DNA from: Paragordius varius
Lineage: Eukaryota > Animalia > Nematomorpha
Reading direction: 5' to 3'
Assembly (NCBI GenBank): GCA_964247055.1
Contig: OZ176050.1
Coordinates: forward strand, 4,092,001-4,156,000
Length of the DNA stretch: 64,000 nucleotides
Part shown: positions 14,581 through 27,230 of the stretch, in pieces
Layout of the letters: each line of letters begins with the position of its first letter
Numbering within the stretch: position 1 is the stretch's first letter
The notes under the pieces: model-generated
Database searches by the model: none
Seen by the model: the letters and a program-made list of their open reading frames with translations, nothing else
Told to the model about the DNA's origin: nothing
Position numbers and translations under genes: made by a program

Positions 14581-15445
14581 AAACAGGCTTTTTATTGCCT
14601 TTGTTTTGGCCAGCCAGCTATTGCATAAAAATATTATTAAATTATTTGCCTTAAAAGAGTTTTAAAATTGGTATACTATATCATTTTCTTTTCCTAAATA
14701 AAATCTATAAGTTGAACACGAGGAAAAAATTATTTTTATTTCCTAGAAAGTGACTTTTCATAATTTGTCGTAGTCGTCCTATATTATATATATTGCTCTA
14801 TCTTTTTCCGCTAGCAAACGCTATTTTCTATAAAAAAAATACGCTTATGCAAAAATAGTAAATATATATAATGCATATTGGAAATAAAATTATTTAGTCA
14901 TTTAAAAATCAATAATATCGATCTCAACCAAATTAGATAAGTTACTAATTACTATATATATTTATTTAATCTCTCATAAATTGATTTTTTATTAGATAAA
15001 CCCTCTGAACTAAAAAAATATTAAAATTAAATGTCCGTTTTATAAGGATTTTCAATCCATAAGACTAAAATATTATATTCATGCGAATAAGTCGTAAACC
15101 CAAAATACATATTTATAAACTATTTTTTTATAAGTAATTTTTAAAAAACGCGACAAGCTTTTATCACGTTGAATATGAGGCGATAATTATGACCCAATAA
15201 TTAATTTTATTATAAAGTTTTTTCCTAACATATTTTACATTCCATAAATGAAACCATATTCTTTGATGTCATTAATTTGATTAATTATTATAAAAAAAAC
15301 TAGCGTTAAAGTTAATTGCAATCATATTGTTTAAAATAAACAATTATGACTCTAGTTTGTATTCAAAAATTTGGTTAATAGGGATAAAAAAGGAAATGAA
15401 AAGTTAAATTGATAGGGACAACGGTCTGGAAAAATCAGTATATGG

Positions 15446-17099
15446 CAGGGCTTCTTAAACTATGGGTCGCGACCCCGTTTGGGGAAAATTATGGGGTCCC
15501 GAGTGATGAAAATACAATTAACAAAAAATGTTTTTTAACTTGTAAAATTTTGTTATAAATAAAAATAACAATCATCATAGATAAATATATCATACAATCT
15601 TCTGGTTCGGAAAGACTGTTTATACCAGGATTTCTATTCTGGTCATTATATTCCATATATTTATAAAATAAAAAATACTGGTTTTGTGATCTGTTTCCGG
15701 AAAACCGATAGACTTATTCAAATCCAAATGTCAAAAAATTTAATTATTAATGAATGCCCCGACAATAGCTTCGCCCTTTTTTTAAATTAGGCGCCCATCG
15801 GGCCCATCCCGTGTAAAAAACGTTTTTGTTATATCAGTGGTCCACAAAAATCGTGCCTTTAAAACAATTTTCCGGAAAACGTTTAGAACCATTTGATTTT
15901 AAATATGATTTTTTTTACTTTGTTTCGATTGCGCCGAACATAGTCGGCTTACTTTTTTAATTTAGGCTCACTTTTTACCGGCTTCCCCCGTAAAATGCCA
16001 TTTTTTCATAAAAAGCAAAATAACTTTTTGCCCAGGGCATGAGACCGTTAAAATTCAATGATTCCAGGTATTCCCTGTAGAAAATTTTAGTCTTGCGTTT
16101 TATTAATATTGGCTGCTACGATAGCGACTAAAACTGCCCCACTATATAGAAATTACGTTGTTTTGGAGCTAATTTACAGAAAATTAATGAAGCCATATGA
16201 GCTCATTAAAAGCTTGAAATAGTCGAGCTATTTTTATTAGCCGTTAATTTGGGGTCTTTATGCCCTAAAAACACGCCATCATATAACGATTATTTAGTGT
16301 TGAGGTATTTTTTCGAATAACCCATGAGACGATGGTATAGATGATTCCAAATATTTGCCCTATAAAGGCTAAAAATTTAACTAAGCGCTTTTCCCACATA
16401 GGTCTATGGGTAGGGGTCTAGTTTAAAACTGAGAGGCCATACAAAAAGGCGTAGTTTTGGAGCTGATTTATAAACTTAAGAAGTCACACGAGTTCAGTTA
16501 AACACATTTCTGGGGAATTTGTATAATATCATTTTTTCCTTTAAAAAGGGACCACAAATGATTTACTTTTTATATCCCTTGATCCCAGCTGTGTGAACAC
16601 AATTTCAAAATAGTACTTTTAAACATGATTTTGTAAAACGAAAATCATAAAATAAATCCAATGATAGTTAAAAATTAACTAAGGGAGAGTTTAAATATAG
16701 TCAATTTCGAGTAAACAATATTTAAGCCTATGCTAACCCCGTAAAAGAATAATTAAAGACATTCTTATTATTAAATATGTTTTTCATTATTTCTTTATCT
16801 CCATTAATTCTTTTTATTGCAAATTAATAAGGATAATTATCGGTGAGGCTGCGTCACAGCGAAGCGCACGGCCCGCTAGTATCTTTTATAAATTTACTAT
16901 GAATCAGATAATGTTAGAGAAATTTATGAAAATGTAGATTTATTTTTGTCAATCTCTTAATATAATCCTAAATATTATCAACAAAATTTCTAAGTGTTAC
17001 TTCGAAGAAACTATTATTTTTCTTTTATATTTGTTGGGGTCGTTAAGAAACTCGCAATCATAAATGGGGTCGGGAACTAAAAAAGTTTCATAAGCCCTG
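15446..17099 (-). mobile_element. Non-autonomous hAT (Buster/Charlie-type) element carrying a nested Helitron-like insertion
   Basis: TIRs CAGGGCTTCTTAAACT / AGTTTCATAAGCCCTG. Perfect 8-bp TSD GTATATGG (15438-15445 and 17100-17107) with TA at positions 4-5. Termini match the copy at 50987-52457 in opposite orientation. Confidence 0.9.
15652..16879 (+). mobile_element. Helitron-like non-autonomous element
   Basis: 5' end TCCATATATTTATAAAA. 3' end has a GC-rich hairpin (GCTGCGTCACAGC, GCGAAGCGC) followed by CTAG|T. Internal sequence is shared with 48745-50480. Confidence 0.7.
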
Positions 17100-17108
17100 G
17101 TATATGGG

Positions 17109-17630
17109 TAGGGTGACCAGACGTCCCGCTTTCTCACACTTTGTCCCGCGTCCCGCTGCGTTTTTGAAATGTCCCACTTTTTCACGATTATGTTATCTTT
17201 AAAATCTATATCAATTTTAAATTAAATTTTTTTATTTTTAAATTAAATTATTAATTTTTTTCGAATATATATCATATGATTATACATTTTGCTTCCTAAT
17301 CCTACTGCCAACATTATCAAAATACAAATTAATACCACAAATCGGTACCTTATACGTTAACTCCAGAAAATTAAGGCAATAAAATATTTTTTTATGCTAA
17401 TATTTTAGTTATAAACATTATCAAAAAGACAAATTAATACAACAAATCGGCAGCTTATACGTTTACTCCAGAAAATTAAGGCAATATAATATTTTTTTAT
17501 CCTATATTAGCTTAAAAATATGAGTACAAAAAAAGGTTGTAAATTCAACGATGAATTAATGAAAGAATATCCTTTTATCAAAAAAATCGAAGAACGAATC
17601 ATAAGTTAAATGTTCTCTATGCGAAATCCT
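17109..17630 (+). mobile_element. hAT (Blackjack-like) left-end remnant with decayed transposase N-terminus
   Basis: Terminus TAGGGTGACCAGACGTCCCG with GTCCC subterminal repeats. From about 17519 reads MSTKKGCKFNDELMKEYPFIKK..., then KCSLC (BED-finger-like). Internal ~105-bp tandem duplication at about 17312-17500. Right end not found. Confidence 0.6.
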
Positions 17631-18377
17631 AAAAAATAATTATATTAACATTTGCATAATATCTTTTTGGTTAATTTAAATTAAATTCTGGGAATCCGAA
17701 TTATCAAGGGTTAAAAAACTTGTGTTTTTGAACTATATTGAAATATTTTTTTGTCAGTGGATTCAAACATTAGGTTGTATAAAAAGTTTTGTTTCTGTTT
17801 ATTCTGTGAGACAGCCCTTTAGGAATGGAAAACAAAATACTTATTTCCTTATAAAATTTTGGATAGGTTTTGTAAGAAATGTTTACTTTAAATAATATTT
17901 TTGCCTGTATTTGGTTCCCGGTTTACTTGTTTTTACGCTACGGTGTCGGTTCTATTTCTTTTTCGGTTAAATAGATAAGATGTTAGCTCCGCCATTATTA
18001 AAATGTCAGATGTTTGTTTCATTTGAATTCGGAAGGCACTTAAGTTTTAGACTTTACAATTTAGATAATATAATATTGAGTCTTTTTTGCATAATAAATG
18101 TCGATTTAACAAAAGTATTATTTTATTTAGCCAGTGAAAAGTTAAAGATACAAATTGGAGCTAATATTATTAAATAAATCAAAATTCTAAAAATAAATAC
18201 GAATTGATAATGTTTTGTATAAGTATTACCACCATGTTTTTCAATTTAAATTTAATTTTAGTTTACATTTCGTTTATATCATTATTTCGCGGATTTATCA
18301 TTTGTTGATAAGATTAGTTTAAACCAGGGATACCTATTCGGTAGCCGCATTTACGCCCGAAAATTCTGGTGGACGTT

Positions 18378-18380
<3 letters not shown>

Positions 18381-18416
<36 letters not shown>
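18381..18416. repeat. (TA)n microsatellite
   Basis: Direct reading. Similar tracts near 19265, 26270-26306 (CWC27 intron), 28517-28540 and 50580-50625. Confidence 0.9.
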
Positions 18417-18418
<2 letters not shown>

Positions 18419-19302
18419 GCAATGATAAATTTAAATTTCAAACATAATACTTTAAAATTCAAACAGAATATAACTATTTTATCTAGTTTTTGCCAATTAA
18501 ATATACTTAAAAAGTTGGAAATATCTGGTATATACAATTACTGGATCTGAAAAATATACTGGGTCTTTTATTAATTAAAAATTAGGGATCCATGAGAACT
18601 TTAACACTCACCTGCCTAAGGCTGACATTGATCACGAGTATATATGGGATTTTCGGTTTGATATGGCAAACCAACGCTCAGTATATAATTCTGGCGTCCT
18701 AACCAGTATAAAATTAAGTTAACTTGCATTTTCTCAATAATGTTAAAAATTTAATTTGGAAGTTTCCATAAGCTGGGACTGAAGCTTGGGGCCGATGAAT
18801 ATAAGTCCATGGCATGTAATAAATTAATGCCTAATTTTGGACTTCCAACTTTACTGTTAAATTGCATGACACCATAATATATTAATAACATAGCGCAAAA
18901 ACTATATCATTATTATATTTGGTTGTATTGTAAAAATTTCGATGTAATTGTTAAATTACTTTTTTCTAATTATTATTGAACCAAGGTGATTTAACTGGCA
19001 GATAAGTATCATTTTAAAAAATAAAATAAGAGGAACATGGTTAATCATCTTTGGATTATTTTAACTGAATCTTATATAGTTTGCCAAAAGAATATATTGA
19101 TGTTTTGGAGAACACCATTATAAAAGAAAAAAAATACATACACTAGGTTACGTTAAAACTATAAATCAGTAAATAAATGTTCAAGTCGTGTAGATCAATA
19201 CTCTTTATTTCATTAAAATAATAATCATATAATAATGAAAAAAAATCATATTTATGAATACACATATATATATATATATATATATTATTTGATGAATTTT
19301 CT

Positions 19303-22300
19303 TTATCTAAACGGTTTCACAAACGGACCCGTAAACCGTTTAAGTTCTCGTTCGGCTTGTTTCGCTTTCTCAGCGGCGAGATCTTTGGGTTTTGGTTGAC
19401 CACCAAATCCAAATGCCCCACCGGAACCAGAAGCCTTTTCGCCCTTTGAATTTGGCGGTGCTTTGTAATAATCATAGTTGTAATGCAGTGTCCTATCATA
19501 AGCCCCATAATTCGTGGCATTGTAATTGTAATTGGATTGTTGTTGAGTGTAAGCATTAGAGTTAACAGCATAAGTAGGGCGTTGTTTTGTTCCGTCCCCT
19601 TCCCTCCTACGCACATTAATAGGATTGCGGGGATCATCAATGTCATAAAATTCGGCTGGGTTAATGCTACAAGCATCTTTGCGCGTTTTCTTAAGCAAAA
19701 ACCAATCCTCAGTGGCAGAGTCTGAATCATCACTTTCACCACCGGATTTATCTACGCAACATATTTTTAATGAAATTATATTGAAAAATGGACAATAATT
19801 TACAAGTATACAATATTGAATAATTGTAAAATCAGTAGTTTTGATTCCATTACTGGAGAATCGTTATCAAATAATTAACAATTTTTAATTTGTTATCCCA
19901 AAAGATATTTTAACCTATGGAAAATGAATACATTTTTTATAAAATTTATAATACGTAAAATAAGGAGTATCAATTTAATATATCCATATTTGTATCATTC
20001 AAAATAAATAACCGAATAAGTTTAAAATATGTATGTATAAAATCCTAAAACAACAAAATTATAATGTCTGTGCATTCATTTGTCTATCTTATCCATCACA
20101 TTTAGATTATAAACAAGAGTTAAAATTACCAAATCCCATTTTAAACGTGTAAAAACAAAATTGACGGTTAAAAAAACACAAATATACGTATCATACCCTT
20201 TTTCCTCAGTTTTTTCTTAGATGATGTTTTAGATTGAACATCATCAGTAGCAGCATTGCCATTTTTATCAAGATTTTTGTTGTTGTTGTTGTCCTCGGCT
20301 AAAACTTGTTCCAAAAACTGTTTTTTCTTTTTCTTTTGATTCTGGATGGTTAAAATCTCGTTGGCATTCACCCCACCAGGAGGGTATGTGCCACCCTCAA
20401 AAGAACCATCAGTGTCACTTGACGAGGATGCTTCGCGATCAGAACATACGAAAGCATGACCAGCTCTAATCCGCCCCCAAAAAAGAAATAGTATTAATAA
20501 AAGACTCAAACATTAAAATTTGATGTATAAGCGTTACTCTGACTCCGTCGACAGACATTATCATTCATCATGCAAGGAATAATATATTTTTTTCTGAAAT
20601 AACCAGACAAAAAAAGATTAATATGAATTTTATGTTTGGAGCTTAAGGGCTTTAACATGTGTGTTATTTAGATAAAAAATCTCTTGAATCATTATTAATT
20701 AGATATAATCTCAGATATTTTCCGAAAAATGTTTCAAAATCACGTTATTTTTATATGAAGGCGTATTTGACATGGCGTACGGCCTTAATGTGCTAGTTTT
20801 TGAAGAACTATGACGAATTTACATTAAAAGTTTTCATTTTGGTTTTGGATAATCAAAATTAAAGTAAAGTTTGATCGAATGATAAATAGAGGAATTTTAT
20901 AATCACTCAAATCAGTTTTTAAAAATATAAAACAAGTCCAATTATTAAAAAACAAAACGTATTAGATAAAAGACAAATACTCTTTTGATGAAAGCCTAGC
21001 CTTTTAAATTTAATACATAACCGTTATCATTAAAATTGTGAGATATGTAACAGATTGTGATATCAATTCACATTCTAGTTCCTTATTTTAAAATCAAGTT
21101 CTTTTTAAAAATTAAGCAAAAAACCATGGTTGTTTTTTTAAAAGAACTGACTTTTAGTTTTTACGTTTTGTCTTCATATTTTCCACATCTTAAACCATCA
21201 CACCCTAAAAATATTTTTTTTAAAAAAAACAACCAAGCTTTTTTCCCTTATCCTGATAATACCTATCGTTTTGGATTGCACAACACTTTTAATTATACAT
21301 TTCACAATTTAATCATATAGGTTATGTAAAGGCTGTTTGGTTAAAAAAATGTGTCTTTTAGAGTTTACTATGTTTTATCTTGATATTTCAATTTTCACTG
21401 CAATCCCAAATAAAATACATATTAAAACATATCAATAATTTTAAATAAAATACATTTCGGAGATGCCTTTTAACGGGGTATTTGAATCGTTATCGTTAAC
21501 ATATTGGCCATTAGTTAAGGTGTACTTATTTTCATCAGCAATATCTTCCCACATTGCCAGTTCAGGATATAATTCTGTCAAATTCTTTTGTTTCATAATG
21601 GCTTCCTTAACGCGTCTCGATTTAGGTATTTTTTTGTAATGTACTTCATACTAAAATATGTTATTAATAAACTAATTTTATATATAAATATTTTAATAAA
21701 GCGTGAGGTAAAACATATCAACTAAAAATGCATTATTCCATTTGATTAAATGTACAGTGGACGCACCTCATAACGAAGTGGTAATAAATACATACTCATT
21801 TTTAGCATCATGGCTCTTTTTAAAAAATATACAAAATTTATTTTTTTTTGGATTAAAAAACATTTGGTGGTTGGTTAAATTCCATTAACCATATTTAATA
21901 ATATCTACAGATATAGCAAAAACTAATCAATAAAAAATGATAAAATTTAATTGTCTTATAAGAAGGTTCCATAATACTCACAAATTAATGATTTTATGGA
22001 AATATGTTTTAATTTTGAACGGTTATAACTTAAAAAGTAGCGCTTTATCAAAAATCGGAAATGATCATAAGATAATCAAAAGAAGCAGTTTTCGAAAAAA
22101 AGTTAATTAGAAACATATATATAAGGATTAGCTATTGAACCTGATTATCGACAGTTTGTTGATTAGATAAAACCCTTTCTTTAATTGAATTATCGCCTCT
22201 ATTTTGTAGAATGTTGTTGTCATTTAACGTTGATGATGATATATTCATGTGAGAAAAATCAGCATTTTGTTTTATGTCGGTGTTATTTGCCGAAGATTTC

Positions 22301-25300
22301 TTTTTGCTGTATTTTTGTTTTTGTTCATCCAAAAGTTTAGTTTTTTGTTCCAGCATTCTAGCGCGGAAATCGGTGAGCAAAGATAGTGTCTATTAGCAAA
22401 AAAATTAATATATCTTTCTTATTTCAGTCTTTGTGATCATATAATTTTTTAGGGATTGAAACCAGGACTTTTTTTGCTTTTTTGGCTCCCATTTTTTGAT
22501 ATTATAATCAAAAACGAAAAAATCTTGATCCTAGTTATACATTAGATCAAAATTATTCAATTTTTACCCTTAAATTAAACAAATCATTAAAATGTTTTCG
22601 CAATATCAATTCAAATTTATAACCTAATAGCTGTTATAAAATAGAAAGTCACAATACTACATTCATTATTAAAATATCGGAAAAAAACTAATCGAGTTAA
22701 AGAAACCTGTTGTTCCCTTTTATGACCCTTTTTGGGTAATTGATTTTTTCGTTCTTTGTAGACACGATTGGCATCCACGTATTCTAGCAGGGCTTCTTTC
22801 GTTAATTCTGATGCATATTCTGGATAAATGCGATTAATTATACAAAATATATATATGCATTATCTATAAGTTCTCCATTAAACAATAAATTTTTTAATAA
22901 AAGTAAGCCTAAGCCTCAATATCATATATATTGTTATTACTACCGATATTTGTTGCCATTTTTGATTTATTTTAAACCAATGATAAACTATAACAATTTA
23001 ATCTTATTTATGTATTAATTTAGCCGCAAAACACATTGATTTCTGGGTGATTTAATTTTTGTTTAAGATAAATGTAATTAAAATACCTCAATATATGTTC
23101 AAGGGTGGTAGTGTAAATATTTGATATTTTATTGAATAAATTATATTTATATTACTTTTACTATCTAATCTAAATGATTCATAAAATTGATAATTATATG
23201 GCAATTATTAAGTTCAACATACCTATATCTCCATCATCTTTATCAGATATGTGTTTCAGGGCCTGTAATTTATTTGGTTTAACCGGGTGTGTTGTGCTAA
23301 AATTATATTAAAAAAAAATAAACACATTAATTTATCTCAAAAAATTATTTAAATTGTAAATAAAAACAATTTATATTACAGATCATGATTGATTTCATCT
23401 ATATTTTCATTTGTGGATGGCGTTTTATTAGTTGCAAGGCTACCAATTTTTTGTTTAAGACTATCAACTTTTGCATTGTCTTTGAACTAAAATAAAAGTA
23501 TAAATATAATTGAATAAACTAGAGAATATATATAAAAAGAGAACTCGTTAACTGGCTATATTCTATTTATTTTGCAAATGCCAGAATTTATTTTTGTTTT
23601 TATTAAATTAACTTTGATTACATAAATTTTTTCAAAGAGTAAAATACATTTATATTAAAGTGTCACCCAATAAAATCGTTTCTCTCATCAGATACTAAAA
23701 TTGGTTGGATTATATTGATCGGCATAAATTTTATATTTCAATTTAAAATTATTAACAAAAAATCCAAAGACAATCATTTCTATGCCACCAATATAAACTA
23801 CAATATATACAATAAATGTTGATCATTTCACATTATTGTTGGCCAATTGGTAAAGCAGTAGTGTAAAATAAACGCATATTTTGTCCATAAATATATAAAA
23901 TTAATTTTGTAAGAGGGAAAAAATGGAAATTTCAATATTATTTGTAGTTTTTACACATACGCTATTGTATTGTCAATTGGCCAAAATGATATGAATTAAT
24001 CAACATTAATGTGCATACTGTATAAATGATATATATATACTTTATTGTCTTTTTCCGCCGCCCTATTCATTGCAGCCATGTCAATTAAATTATTATTTTC
24101 TTCGGCGTTTGCACTTTCCAGCTCCAAATCTATCACAGATTTTTTCAAGAGAGTTGGGTCATCGATCAAAAGATCGTGGCTACTTTTACTGCCAGTTTTG
24201 ATTTGCTTGAAATAAAAAACAAAACTTCATCATCATAAAAATCTATGTAAAAAACAATTTTGTTAAATAAATGAGCCTTCAAACTATAATTAGCAGATTA
24301 TTTTAATACAAGATCCTAGTTTTTCATAATAACAATCTCCCTAATACCCCTTATTATGCAGAATAATCTAAAATGCATTTTTTCATAAATAATATTTTAT
24401 AGATTTTCAAAAAGTGCAATAAAGCCATAAGGAACATATATATGTAAGTTTCAATATAATAAAAGAAAAGTGTATATCAGGGGTGGTCGACATGCGGCCC
24501 TTTGAGGTATTATCTGCGGCCCACGAAAAAATTTAAAAAGCTACCAAATAAATACGATAACAATATTGCTGATGAAATGTTAGTGAAATTTAATATATAC
24601 CATTTACGGTTCAAATCCACCCTAAAATAAATTAGGTGTTTTTTAAGATTAAATATTACCTATAATTTTATATATTTTTAAAAACAGAATTTTTTTGTAA
24701 TCAAAATAATACTAAAATAATAATAAACTTTGCCATAAAAATATATTATTAGCCCGAAATTTTATAATTTATTTTTAGGGTAAATTTGAATTGTTCGAAA
24801 GTGAATTTGAATTGTTATATCTCTTCCAATAAACAATGATAGCAAATTGATAAAATACATAGCAGTTAATATGTTTTGCAATTATTTTATAATAGTTTTG
24901 CTTAAAATTTAATAAAATATTTATTGTTGCCCATATATTTTTCGCGAATGAGCCCTCGCCAGCATTTGTGCAAGAACGTGGCCCGCGAAGCCATTTGTGT
25001 TAGACACTCGCCTAGTTGAAATAATATAAAATTTGGAGTTTACTATTGTATCGTCCATATCTCCTCCCTCTTCCTCATCACCAAAACTTAGGAGATTAAG
25101 ACTTTTCTTAGTTAATTGGCTATTATTAGCCAAATTCTTTTTTTGTTGAGATATGATAGATTCATTTTTAGCTGCTTCAAGCAGTTCAGTTCTCGAAGGT
25201 CGTGGAATGATATCGGTAAAGGGGTTCAGCAAAATCTAGTAAAAAAAGAAATAATTTAAGGCGATATATGTTAAGGGCGATTTACCCAAAAAATATTTTA

Positions 25301-26267
25301 AACGTAAATAATTTTATAAGTATGTGTAATAATGGGCCAAATTTAAAAATGTACTTCTAGGGCTTTTGAACGTAACTAAAAAAATTGAATTTAATAAAAT
25401 ACTCATCAGCGGTCTAATTTTTTAGGATTTTCGTTTCGATAGTTAATATACTGACAAATAAAAAGTAATATTGAATAAAAATATAATCAATTAACTAAAT
25501 GCTCATCACATATACAAAATTAACAAATAATTTTTAATATTAGTTGTATATTATATAGATTAATTATTTATGCTGTAAGATTTTAATTACCCCAAAACAA
25601 TGTCTTATGATTTCAAAAAATAAGTTATATATTAACAAAAGAAACAATAAAAACTTATAATTTTAATCCTGAATAATGCAAATTTCAATGATAAAAATTG
25701 AGAATTTTAATAATCAATGAAAAAATTGTAAAAAGGTAGAAAGCAGAATTAAAATTGAAATTATATCTATTTACAATTAGTCTCGGTTTCATATCCAAAA
25801 AATTTTTTTACATTTATTGCTCCGGTTTATATGTTAAACCGTGTTATTTCCTTTAAATATTAATTAAATGCTATTCCAATATATTATAAGCCACAAAAGT
25901 GGAAATAATTTATAAAATGTTATATTATTAGATCTAAATTTAACTTTTATTTTTCTAAAAAGAAATTTCACTCTTTTAAATAAATTTATATAGAAATCGA
26001 AATGGAAAGATGTATAAAAAAAATGGTTTTCTATATGTTTTAAAATGTTTGGAAACGATTGCGAAAACGGTTTAGGTTTCAATCCCTAGAAATAGTAAGA
26101 TAAAAGTTCTAAAATTCTAGAGCAGTTAATTTTAATTCATATAAATATATGTTTTCAAATAATAGACCTTTGTCGAGCGGATTTTCGGAGGCTGTATTGG
26201 TCTATCATTCATATCTGTTTGCATTTCATTCAGTTTGAGCATATTAAATTTTGTATCGCCCGTTATC

Positions 26268-26310
<43 letters not shown>

Positions 26311-27194
26311 AGATAATAATAAAAGTTTAAAAAATTTAATATAAATTATAAATCTAACAATAAGGGAAATGACCCGCAACGAAAAAACTTTAACAAAAAT
26401 AATTTAATATTTCCATATTTTAAGTAAATCTGCTATTATAAAAACTTTATTAAAACCTTGCCAAAAATTGTGTGTTTATTTTGGAGATCTGGTGTCGTGC
26501 CCAATGTTATGAAGAATTGACTACCATTATCGTTTGGACCTGCGTTCGCCATGGCAACCAAACCGGCTCTTACAAAACGCAATCGACTATGAAATTCATC
26601 CTAAAACATTTATATTTTAGAGGAAAGTATCTGTGATATCATGTTAAATTAAATATGTATAAGCACAAATTAAATTGAACTAAATTTTAACTAAAACATA
26701 AAATGATATATAAAAATCTTTATCGTGAAGTTTTAATGCTTGATAGCACTTATCAGTATGACACAAATTACAACTACATAAGTCAATTTGCACAATACAA
26801 AATTCTTAGTTTAATTTATATTTTTTGCTTTAATAGAAAAAGATATCAAGAATTTGAACAATTTATATTAAAATATGAATCATTCCTAGGACATGTATAA
26901 TTTTTTAAAAGATCATACTTTAAATGGATGACCGTAAACTGAATCTCCGCCCATACCAGTGCCTGTTGGGTCACCACTTTGAGCGATAAAACCCTTAATA
27001 ATACGATGAAAAATAATTCCATCATAATAATTTTCCATGCAAAGTTGAATAAAATTTCGACATGCAAGGGGACACTCTTTGGTCCATAATTCAATATCCA
27101 AATCACCAAATGTTGTATTCATAACAACCTAAAAAATAAGAAATCCCAATACCTTTCCATTTGTCGGAGGTTCGCTGATATAAATGTTGGACAT
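19303..27194 (-). CDS. CWC27: Spliceosome-associated cyclophilin CWC27 (SDCCAG10), about 769 aa as modelled, 13 exons
   Basis: Exons (minus): 27194-27153, 27128-26919, 26600-26457, 26266-26168, 25235-25044, 24205-24041, 23486-23380, 23296-23223, 22819-22707, 22389-22141, 21650-21454, 20465-20197, 19751-19303. N-terminus [44 protein letters not shown], then [29 protein letters not shown]. Also the LLSFGDEEE and SSHDLL motifs and C-terminal [16 protein letters not shown], all typical of CWC27. The middle low-complexity exons are less certain. Confidence 0.92.
24478..25014. mobile_element. hAT-like MITE (CAGGGGTG terminus) in a CWC27 intron, with a nested TATACCATTT MITE fragment at 24596-24820
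   Basis: Left end CAGGGGTGGTCGAC..GCGGCCC. Right end GGCCCGCGAAGCCATTTGTGTTAGACACTCGCCTA. Related ends at 792 and 33197. Confidence 0.6.
27129..27152 (-). other. 24-nt GT-AG intron (CWC27 intron 1)
   Basis: GTATTGGGATTTCTTATTTTTTAG. Retention gives an in-frame TAG; removal restores ...PPTNGK|VVMNTT.... Confidence 0.9.
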
Positions 27195-27230
27195 CTTGAA
27201 AAATGTGTGAGCGTAAAATTTTGGATTAGC
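27195..27230. promoter_or_regulatory. 36-bp head-to-head interval between the CWC27 and TMED start codons
   Basis: CAT at 27192-27194 and ATG at 27231-27233. Both N-termini are supported by family features (conserved MSNIY; signal peptide). Confidence 0.75.

Noticed and set aside
8645-14665. Short AT-rich ORFs in Mad intron 2 and upstream (e.g. 10261-10515, 11563-11853, 14228-14497)
   Set aside because: F/I/K/L/N/Y-rich composition expected from random AT-rich DNA, with no splice or homology support.
18602-18720. TTAA-CACTC(A/G)CCTGCCTA motif at 18602 and 45277 as a second piggyBac-like family
   Set aside because: Only one end and about 30 bp of shared sequence are visible, too little to define an element.
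20540-20593. Possible extra CWC27 exon (minus strand)
   Set aside because: Including it breaks phase with the next exon; the direct 21454-to-20465 junction is in frame.
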